Positions 53,819 through 64,000 of a DNA stretch of 64,000 bases are shown piece by piece. The position numbers were made by a program, and so were the translations under genes. The notes under the pieces are model-generated. The model did no database searches. It saw nothing but the letters and a program-made list of their open reading frames with translations, and had not been told where the DNA came from. Origin of the DNA: Octopus vulgaris (lineage: Eukaryota); assembly GCA_951406725.2 (NCBI GenBank), contig OX597816.1:121582001-121646000 (forward strand). Reading direction: 5' to 3'. Every line of letters begins with the position of its first letter. The first letter of the stretch is position 1.

Positions 53819-54898
53819 CAGATTTATAGAAAAGCAAAAAACGAAGACAGGTGTAGGAACAATCAGCTAGTGTATTTGTTTGACACTCGGGAAGAAGGAA
53901 AAAGTCTTTTACGTTTCGAGCCTACGCTTATCAACAGAAAGGACTAAGAGGACATAAATAGAGATAGAATAAAAAAAAAACGTATAACCTTCAGTAGTCC
54001 AACATGGCGGATGACTGCAAAAAAAGGAGGTTGAATGAAAGGAGATAATAATAAAAAGTTTTTGAATGGAAGGGAGATAATAATAAAAAGAGGTTGAATG
54101 GAAGGGAGATGATAATGGTGATCCCCAAAAGCTAAGGTGCGCAAACATGTATATATGTGAGAATAGTGTATGTGAGTGTGTAAGTGTTGACGTGTGTGCG
54201 TGTAGCAGTTGATGTGTGCTTTTTCACGTGGTGCGTGCACGTATGTGCGTGTGACCAAATAGTGTGCAGTTGTATAGTGTATGAATATGGGCGAAAGTTA
54301 TCTTTGTCTCTCTGTGTTGCATGTGTTTATGCGTGGTGTGCGTGTGTGTATATAACGTCTATGTTCAGGTATTATGTGCTTGTGTGGGCGTGGGAATGTA
54401 CATGATGATGTGTGGTGTATGTACTGAGTTCAATAGTGTGTGCGGCTGCTCATATCGTGGTATGTGTGGTGACGCTATAGAAGATTATGTAGGAGTGTGT
54501 GGATGATGGTGTGTGGTGTGAGTGCTAGGAAGTGATCAGTGCTTGTGTGTGTGGAGTAGGAAGGTGTGAGTGTGGGTGTAATGGCGTGTGAAGTGAGCGA
54601 TAAGTTGAACAGTGTGTATGGGTGTGTGCATAGTGGTGCGTGTGAGTGAGGATATCGATATGGTTGGTATGTGGGTGTGTAAGTGGAGGGGACAGTTGAA
54701 TGGGGGAGGTGAGTGGGAATCCATGGGGTTGGTGTCAAATGAAGGGAAGTGGGAAGGTTTGTGTCTGATGAAGAGAGAAGGTGAGTTGAGTCCATTTGGC
54801 GCAAAGGAACGAAGAGAGAAGATTAACTGCTGTTCACGGCGAAGGCAGATGTTGTAGCGGAAATGGCGCGAGACTAAGGTGTCATTGCCGAGTTTGAT
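53815..54898 (-). mobile_element. Second Penelope-like (Neptune-like) copy, more decayed
   Basis: LGNDTLVSRHF..RREQQLIFSLRSFAPNGLNSP. 3' tail homologous to 37451-37640. Abuts (TA)n. Confidence 0.85.
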
Positions 54899-55677
54899 GT
54901 ATGTCATACATATATATATATACGATGGACTTCTTTCAGTTTCCCTCTACCAAATCTACTCACAAGGCTTTGGTTGACCAGAGGCTATAGTAGAAGACAT
55001 TTCCTGAAGGTGCCACGCAGTGGAACTGAACCTGGAACCATGTGATTGGAAAGCAAGCTACTTACTACACACACACCCACAGCCACGAGTAAATGCATTT
55101 TTTTTTTTGTAAGTACAGGAAATAATTACGGACGTGTTTCGCTGCAGTGGTACAGCATGGGACGTGTGTAGCGTGCGGACTGCATAGGATATCTGCTTGG
55201 GTGGGGTGAAAATAAATTTTGCCAAAGTAGTCATTAAGGTGTATGGGAGGAGCTGCTGATATGATTGGCGTATAGGGCGTCAAAAAACCTATGCTCTGCC
55301 ACTAGTGTTTCATTGTTATTGAAGCATTATTAGTGAAGCATAACGTTTACCACACTCGCCACAAAATTGACGAAGGTATCATGAAATATAAAACATCTTA
55401 TATTTACCGCTTGTCTATCGAACTTAGAACTATTTCATGAAAGAAAAAGCGGTTGTATTTAAAAAGAAATACCTATGAGTGCATTCTCCTAGAAATAGAT
55501 AATTAAGTAACAATTATTTAGATCCCAGGTAATACAGGTGTTAAATGAAACAGGAAAACGGCGATCTTTTTGAGAAAGTGTATCAAAACCGAAAGAATTT
55601 TTAGACAATTTTAGTAAATTTTCTTTAGCTTAATTTTTTAATAGCTTAATTTTTTAATGAATCACTTATATCCATTT

Positions 55678-55781
<104 letters not shown>

Positions 55782-56109
55782 TGCGTGTGTGCGTGCGCGC
55801 GTGTATCTGCTTATGTACGTTATGTATATTTGTGTATGTACGTGTTGTACATACACATAGATTCAACAAATATACATACTTAGACGTAAACAGACATATA
55901 CATATACACGCCCACATGAACTCATACACACAACGCAAAACATACATAAACAAGCAATTCAGCGAAAAAAAGATTAAAGAAATGAAAAATATTTATGGAC
56001 ATTGCCGAACAAAGACTCAGCTTCGGGCTACATTCCATTGAAAAATATTTTATCACGAACAGGTCGTATGGAACCACATACTAGCTCTTATCAAGACTTC
56101 AGAAACTCT

Positions 56110-56860
56110 ATAGCTTTGCTTTTCATCCTTTTGAGGTCGATAAATTAAGTACAAGTTGCGCACTGGGATCGAACTAATCGACTAGCCCCCCTCCCAAAAA
56201 ATGTTGGGCCTTGTGCCTAGAGTAGAAAAGATTATATGTCTCAATGCTTCTTTAGGTTCTGAGTTCAAATGCTACCAAGGTCGACTTTGCCTTTCATTCT
56301 TTCGGGGTCGATCAATTAAGTATCAGTGAAGCACTGCGGTTGATGCAATCAACTAGTTCCCCCCTTCAACAAATTTCAGGCCTTGTACCTTTGGTAGAAA
56401 AGGTAAAAAGGATTATCTGTCTTAATGCTAAGGCGGCGAGATGGCGGAATCGTTACTGCACCGGCAAAATGCTTAGCAGTGTTTCATCCGTCTCTACATT
56501 CTGAGTTCAAATTCCGTCTAGATCTACTTTGCCTGTCATAATTTTTGGATCGATAAAATAAATACCAGTCGTTTACTGCGGCCTATGTAATCGACTTCCT
56601 CTCCCCTCAAAAACTGCTGGTCTTGTGCCAAAATTCGCAGCCATTATTTGTTTCAATGCTAAGGCAGCAAGATGGCAGAATCATTAGCACGCCGGGCAAA
56701 AAGCTTAGCGGCATTTCGTCCGTCTCTACGTGCTGAGTTCAAATTCCACCGAGGTCGACTTTGCCTCTTATCCTTTCGAGATCGATAATGTAAGTACAAT
56801 TTGAATACAGGGGTCATTGTAATCGATTAACCCCTCCCCACGAAATTTCAAGCCTTGTTC
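56110..56860 (+). mobile_element. Array of four tandem abundant-family SINE units
   Basis: Four cores separated by the shared spacer ATTATNTGTYTYAATGCT. Confidence 0.8.
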
Positions 56861-57033
56861 GTTGGAAAGATACTTAAACGTTTTAAATACTTAGCAGCAT
56901 TTCTCCCGATTCTTTACATTATATGAAATTGTTTTAGTGAAGCATTGTGAGATATAATTTAGAGAATGCAGTTGCGTAAAGCCGGAACAATGCGAGAAGG
57001 TGCAAAGTAAACTAGAAAATAAAAAGAAAACAG

Positions 57034-57229
57034 AACAAAGTTGCAATTTTACTATGTATTTTTATATTTCGAGGTGAAGACCCCTTCTTCAAGGCATTCA
57101 GAAAAGCGGTGGTAGTAAAAAGCGTGTTGATCAGAAGTGTGTGCGAGCAACAAACTTTTTTCTGAATGCCCTGAAGAAGGGGTCTTCACCCCGAAATATA
57201 GAAATACATAGTAAAACGTCAACTTTGTT
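57034..57229. repeat. Inverted repeat (72-bp arms) carrying hammerhead cores
   Basis: Arms 57034-57105 / 57158-57229. The + strand at 57171-57200 reads CTGAAGA-A-GGGG-TCTTCA-CCCC-GAAATATA. Confidence 0.8.
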
Positions 57230-57242
57230 ATGTTTTCTTTTC

Positions 57243-57323
57243 ATTCCCACTGTGTGGCACCTTGGGAAAGCCTTGTGAGTGGATTTGGTAGACGGAAACT
57301 GAAAAAAGTCCGTCGTATATATA

Positions 57324-57359
<36 letters not shown>

Positions 57360-57620
57360 TGTATGTATGTATGTATGTATGTATGTATGTATGCATGTGT
57401 GTGTATATGTATGTGTATCTGCATCTGTGTTTGTCCCCCCCAACATCGCTTGACAACCGATGATGGTGTGTTTACGTCCCCGTAACTTAGCGGTTCGGCA
57501 AAAGAGACCGATAGAATAAGTACTAGGCTTACAAAGAATAAGTCCTGGGGTCGATCTGCTCGACTAAAGGCGGTGCTCCTGCATGGCCACAGTCAAATGA
57601 CTGAAACAAGTAAAAGAGAG
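57243..57620 (+). mobile_element. Composite SINE, 5'-truncated, internal (TATG)n
   Basis: Homologous to 28121-28555. Confidence 0.8.
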
Positions 57621-57702
57621 AGAGTAGTTTACTTTGTACTTTCTCGCATTGCTCCGACTTTATACAACTACATTCTTTAAATATATATATATATATGTGT
57701 GT

Positions 57703-57745
<43 letters not shown>

Positions 57746-58139
57746 TGTGTGTGCGTATGTGTGTGTGTGTATGTATATATATGAACGAAAAAATATGTAT
57801 GTATGTATGTACGTACGTACGTACGTATGTATGTGTGTGTATGTATGTATGTATGTATGTATGTATGTATGTATGTATGCATGTATGCATGTATGCATGT
57901 ATGTATGTATGTATTATGTATGTATGTATGTATGTATGTATGTATGTATGTATATACTGTCTGATGACATCATTTCTTGATCAAAGCACGTTCACCAATG
58001 CTGACAGGATATAAAAATTTGCTTTTAGATATATTAAATATCATTATATATATAAATATATATATATAAGGGATACTATATACATTTCTCAATCTATCAT
58101 AACTTATTAATTTACACAGGCGCTTCAATTGAGAAATAA

Positions 58140-58170
<31 letters not shown>

Positions 58171-58875
58171 AATTAACTTCCTAACTATTCCGCAAGTTAA
58201 TTCAAGGGAAATAACCCGTTGGGAATGTTAGAGTTATGTCCCTTGCATTACAATTTACAAATCACGCAGAACTTTGGAAATGCGAAGTAAATTTACTGTA
58301 TTCAAATATATTAACCACGTTAATAAGTTAGAAACTTCTCGATAGTTTAGTTGGGGAAGTATTCAATTTAGATATCTCTCCAATATATTAATTCGTGTAG
58401 ATATTGAAGATTTATACTGATGGAGAAATGCTCATCCAAATATATTGTCAGAATAACAAGCTAAAACATCCACCATATATTTTCAGGAAACATTGATATA
58501 ACGAAACCAGAGGCAGACAATTTCTAGAATCATCCATCAGGGAGATCAAAGAGTGTCATTCATTGACTCTTTTGATACCAAACCTGCCCGAGACTGCTCC
58601 TTATTCTCTGATGTAAACTTTCTGTTTTAAAGTTATTTGAATTAAAACATTCTATCCAAATTCTGTTACTCTTTTTTTCTTTTACTCTTTTACTTGTTTC
58701 AGTCATGTGACTGCAGCCATGCAGGAGCACCGCATTTAGTGGAGCAAATCGACGTCGGGACTTATTCTTTGTAAGTCTAGTACTTATTCTATTGGTTTAT
58801 TTTGCCGAACCGCTAAGTTACGGGGACGTAAACACACCAGCATCGGTTGTCAAGCGATGTTGGGGTAACAAACTG

Positions 58876-58910
<35 letters not shown>

Positions 58911-59159
58911 AATTAATTTACTCTGCTATGTATTGAGTACCTTATTTACTGTGGTTAACCCCGACTTAACCCGGGACCTACATATATATATATATATATA
59001 AAATGAGATAGGGGTTGAAAATTCAACCCACCATGGGATAATATATATCCAATATACTGCCAGATAGGTACCCAACAAGACTAATACATAGATGTTAAAA
59101 ATTGTCAAACAATCAGTTCATCTATTGTATTATATGGATAAAGGTAATAATATTACCGT

Positions 59160-59786
59160 AAATTCAGCGAACACCAGAACCAAATTTGGCGGGCAGGACA
59201 GATGAAAATTTATATAAAAAAACCGAATTAAATGCATACCTCGGTTTCGGCCTTTAACAAAAGAATTACTTACATAATTCTTACTTTAATTTATATATAT
59301 ATGTACGACAGGCTTCTTTCAGTTTCTGCGTACCAAATCCACTCACAAGGCTTTGGCCGGTCCGAGGCTTTAGTAGAAGACACTTGCCAAAGGTGCCACG
59401 CAGTGGGACTGAACCCGGAACCATGTGGCTGGTAAGCAAGCTACTTACCACACAGCCTAATTTTTTTTTATCGAGTTGTTCAATTTTAAGCCGATTCCTT
59501 TCTGATTTTGGATTAGCTCTTTTGCTTCCATATTTCTGTTGAAATACACTGTTTTATTTAATTTAATTATGAAGATGAGGAAGAATTTACTAAAATAACT
59601 TCGTTATTATTAAGCTGGTGTTTGTAACGTAAATTACAGGTGCAGGAGTGGCTGTGTGGTAACTAGCTTGCTTACTAACCACATGGTTCCGGGTTCAGTC
59701 CCACTGCGTAACACCTTGGGCAAGTGTATTCTTGTGAGTGGATTTGGTAGACGGAAACTGAAAAAGTCTTATATATATAAGCCCGT

Positions 59787-59819
<33 letters not shown>

Positions 59820-61005
59820 CTACAAAATTAGAGAATGGAGAAACATACTTAAATCAATAAAACATCAACTATCCGATCAATAATTTAATACACCATTACA
59901 TATGAGTAAAGGCATTATACAAAATATACAGTAATAGTAAAAAGACAAAGAGATATAAGTAAAAAATTTCAAATATAATATGTAATTAAATCAAAACTGA
60001 CAGCTGTTTCGGCAGTGAGGGCAGTCATACCTCATTTAACCTATAAGCCATAAAGGCAGGTATAAATGAGGCATTAACAAGGATGCCCCACGGCCTCTTC
60101 AGAGAATTAAATTAAATTTGTTATAATTGTGAAAAATATTATATAACCATATACATATAAATATAAAAATATAAAAATGTAAAATATAAAAACTTATACA
60201 TCATAATGCTACACTTATATAACATAATACTCATTGGTACAATAAAGGAAGGTAAACAGAACAAAATAGAACAAAATATATATCAGTGTATATATTAATA
60301 TTAATAAGCACCGATATTATACATATTTGGCTAATAGTTTTTTAAAAAAAAAACTAACACATAGGGAGATGAAAAATAATAATTAAAACTATGGTTCAGT
60401 TCATAAAATTCTAAAGCTATAAAAGTTAATAAAAATTACTATTAATATTAATAATAATAATAATAGATACAGTTATGTTTGCACCAAGTCCATCCTTTCA
60501 AGATCGAAATAACTATGAGTTTAGAAATGCTGACCACTAGGTAATGATAATTTAGATTAATCGAAGTTATTTTAGTAAATTCTTCCTCATCTTCATAATT
60601 AAATTAAATAAAACAGTGTATTTCAACAGAAATATGGAAGCAAAAGAGCTAATCCAAAATCAGAAAGGAATCGGCTTAAAATTGAACAACTCGATAAAAA
60701 AAAATTAGGCTGTGTGGTAAGTAGCTTGCTTACCAGCCACATGGTTCCGGGTTCAGTCCCACTGCGTGGCACCTTTGGCAAGTGTCTTCTACTAAAGCCT
60801 CGGACCGGCCAAAGCCTTGTGAGTGGATTTGGTACGCAGAAACTGAAAGAAGCCTGTCGTACATATATATATAAATTAAAGTAAGAATTATGTAAGTAAT
60901 TCTTTTGTTAAAGGCCGAAACCGAGGTATGCATTTAATTCGGTTTTTTTATATAAATTTTCATCTGTCCTGCCCGCCAAATTTGGTTCTGGTGTTCGCTG
61001 AATTT
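59160..61005. repeat. 444-bp inverted repeat (59160-59603 / 60562-61005) with 958-bp spacer
   Basis: Coordinate sums are constant (120165) at both ends. Identical 67-aa ORFs at 59232-59435(+) and 60730-60933(-). Confidence 0.95.
59997..60104 (-). ncRNA. Type I hammerhead-like motif with extended stem II
   Basis: CTGAAGA-GGC..(gtggggca/tgccctcac; gcctcattta/taaatgaggt)..GCC-GAA-ACAGCTGT-C. The core is intact with a GUC site; stem I is only about 2 bp. Confidence 0.7.
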
Positions 61006-61510
61006 TTCCTCTAGAGAATTTCCTTTGTAGTTTGATCGTTGATGATCTGTTTCTAGCATACGGCCGACTACCTAGCAGTCCAGCCCTGCCAATATATATC
61101 TTTTCTATATATAAAACTGAATTGCCTTTTTACCGCTTGGTTCGCTTTCAATGCCACTACATCCCGTCCGATTCGCTCCAAAATTTACAGGGACATGTAG
61201 AATGAGGTGACGATGCGCGTGGGCTACCTTAGAAATCCCTATCTTAAAAGCTGTGGTTTCTAGGGTCCATCTTCCTACCTCACCCAATTTCCTCCAGTAC
61301 TCTGTCACTCCTCTTCATTTATAACTTTCAGAATGCCACTACGGTTATTTAAAGTATCTGTCACTATCGCTATTTCCTTTCTTTTTCACTGACTCTGTTT
61401 CCTACCTTCCTATCACTTCGACGGCGTTCTTTGAAGTATATGTCTGTCACCAACAATCAACACACGAGCATGAGAACAAATATTATGAATCAGATATTCT
61501 TGCGTTCATT

Positions 61511-61790
61511 TATATGTGTGTGTGTGTGTGTTCTATATATATATATGTATATATAATGTATGTGTGTGTGTGTTCTATATATAAATATGTATATATAATG
61601 TATGTGTGTGCGTGTGTTCTATATATAAATATATATATATAATGTATGTGTGTGTGTGTTCTATATATAAATATGTATATATAATGTATGTGTGTGTGTG
61701 TGTGTGTTCTATATATAAATATGTATATATAATGTATGTGTGTGTGTGTGTGTTCTATATATAAATATGTATATATAATGTATATATACA
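61511..61790. repeat. Minisatellite, ~42-bp unit, about 6 copies
   Basis: Repeating TGTGTGTTCTATATATAAATATGTATATATAATGTA unit. Confidence 0.9.
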
Positions 61791-61932
61791 AAGTGTATAT
61801 ATCTGTATTTATGTATATTAAACTTTTTCATACTTTTTCATAGTTATATATATTTTTAAACAAATTATAAATATAATTTCATAATTTTTATTTTCAATTT
61901 AAATAATTTAAAGTTTTCAATTTTATATTTTA

Positions 61933-62786
61933 CTAGCAGTATCGCCCGGCGTTGCTCGGGTTTGTAAGGGAAATAACTATATAAGCATTTTTTAGTGAGT
62001 TATAGCAAAAAAAATAGCAAAAAATGCATTAAAGATGGAATAAAAAATGATAGTAATTTCTTTTTTAAATCGTTGACTCATCGTAGACATTTTTACAGAG
62101 TTACTTCCCTTATATAATAACGAAAAATGCATTAAAATGGAATAAAAAAATTATGGTAATTTTTTTTTTTTATCGTTGACTCATCGTAGACATTTTTAGA
62201 GAGTTACTTCCCTTATATAATAGCAAAAAATGCATTAAAATGGAATAAAAAATTATGGTAAATTTTTTTTTAAATCGTAGACTCATCGTAGACGCGCGCT
62301 AATACCCAGAAGGGCTCGATATGAATCACGACTATAAGATACCCGGTTTTGGTTACACTGCACCGCAAAATGTGGGAGTAGTTAGGAATCTAAATCGTAG
62401 GAGACAGACACACAACCTTACTTTTATATATAAAGATTTGTGCAACAACTAAAACATTCGGTTGTGCAAATTGTTTGCACAGGAAACCTGCCCTGTGTGG
62501 CGGTCTCCTTCACAACGCATTACGACGTTGATTTCCTTACACTCCCTTCCCCACAGCTTCACGAGGGAGGGAAGAAGGGGGAGAAGCAACACAGGTGCAG
62601 GCGTGAGCGTGGACGCCAACTCCGCCGCCATCGACACACGAAAAAATATGCATTAAAATGGAATAAAAAATTATGTTAAATTATTTTTAAAATCGTACAC
62701 TCATCGTAGACGCGCGCTAATACCCAGACGGGCTCGATATGAATCACGACTATAAGATCACACAACTACAGTTTTATATATATAGA
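61933..62786 (-). mobile_element. Non-autonomous Helitron, same family as 49201-50910
   Basis: Minus-strand 5' TC (62786), 3' CTAG (61933), same hairpin and an A|T insertion site. Confidence 0.88.
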
Positions 62787-63783
62787 TATATTTTCTATGT
62801 TATATTTTCTTTTTTTATGTTTTTGTTTTTGGTTTTTCACCGTTTGATTTGCCTATTAGTGGTTTTATCTCTAATTTAATTTATACAGATATATATCTCA
62901 TTTGTATACATTTGTATATATAATGCGTGCACACACACACACACATATATATATATATACACATATATATATGTGTGCATTACGTAGTCGGTCGAGTCAC
63001 CTGAAAATATGCACACCTATGTTAAAGGTGCTGACAAGTTTGCATCACAACTATTTTGTTCCTCAAATGAAAGGCGTCACCTCTAGGACAAAATTCCTCA
63101 TCTTATAAAATGTGGCCCCAGTACACCCGAATGAAATCGGGTTATATTAACCAAAATGTGAAAAGGGGTCTAAATGGGGCTGGAAGGGGATTAAAATTTC
63201 AAAGAGCGGGTGTTTAGGAATTCTCTGTTGCACCAAGCTAAAAAATTTGCGCCAACCTTTTAATCGTCAATGTGTTGCCGTCCATGATAAAGAAGTTTTG
63301 AATGCTTGCTATGGTGAGTCTATTGTCGTGAGAAAGAATCACTTCAAAAATTGGTGTTTACGAATTTTCTTTTACATCAAGTTCAAAATTTTACGCCAGC
63401 CGTTAAACTGTCACTACGTTGCTGTCCGTCGTTAACAAATGCCAGCCATGGTGACTCTACTATCCCCACATTCTATCCCTTCAAACTTTGGTTTCCAATA
63501 TTTTATTATTTTTATTCAGCTCGCAAGTTCGTCTGTCCCTTTTGAATGTTAGCGTTTTGCTGTCTGCCTTGAAGCAGACCTTTCCATTGCCACTGCCTCA
63601 TATTTCTGATTGATCTTTCTAAATATTTTATTTCTCAACTTACTCAAGATCTTCTGTTGTTTATAAATGGGAGAGAGATAGATAAAGATAGAGAGTAAGA
63701 GAAAGCGAGGGAGAGTCATAGAGAAAAGAAAAGTAAGAAAGTGGGAAAGTGAGAGAGAAAGGAGAGAGAAACAAATACGGAGA

Positions 63784-64000
63784 ATCATCATCATCATCAT
63801 CGTTTAACGTCCGTTTTCCGTGCTAGCACAGGTTGGGCAGTGTGACCGGGTCTCGGAAGCCAGGAGGCTGCACCAGGCTCCAGTCTGATCTGGCAGTGTT
63901 TCTACAGGTGGATGACCTTCCTAACGCCAACCACACTGTGAGTGTAGTGAGTGCCTTTTTCGTGCCGACGGCACTGGTGCCAGGGGGGCTCGCAGTGGCA
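63784..64000 (-). mobile_element. 3' end of an RTE-type SINE or LINE with (GAT)n tail
   Basis: The minus strand ends GGAAAACGGACGTTAAACGATGATGAT, with upstream GGTTGGCGTTAGGAAGG motif. Confidence 0.6.

Noticed and set aside
59232-59435. Duplicated 67-aa gene (also 60730-60933)
   Set aside because: Read-through of a SINE fragment. The duplication simply reflects the inverted repeat.

Overview
AT-rich, extremely repeat-dense eukaryotic DNA. The SINE families, microsatellite load and LINE mix resemble an octopod (Octopus-like) genome; this is inference. I see no intact host gene, rRNA, tRNA gene or CRISPR array, and most ORF-track entries are microsatellite translations. The window holds decayed R4/Dong-type, RTE and other LINEs, Penelope-like elements (PLEs) with GIY-YIG remnants, several tRNA-derived SINE families (some with clear TSDs), Tc1/mariner remnants and MITEs, two non-autonomous Helitrons and a GC-rich hAT fragment. 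The most notable signals are: (i) several different fold-back PLE termini carrying minimal hammerhead-ribozyme motifs, mostly beside (TA)n; (ii) a gap-free 444-bp inverted repeat enclosing a long-stem-II hammerhead; (iii) three retroelement groups, each lodged in its own microsatellite type; (iv) an RTE with three C-terminal C2H2 fingers; (v) local template-switch scars; (vi) a few unique islands that could be exons or regulatory elements. All calls were made by eye, without database searches.
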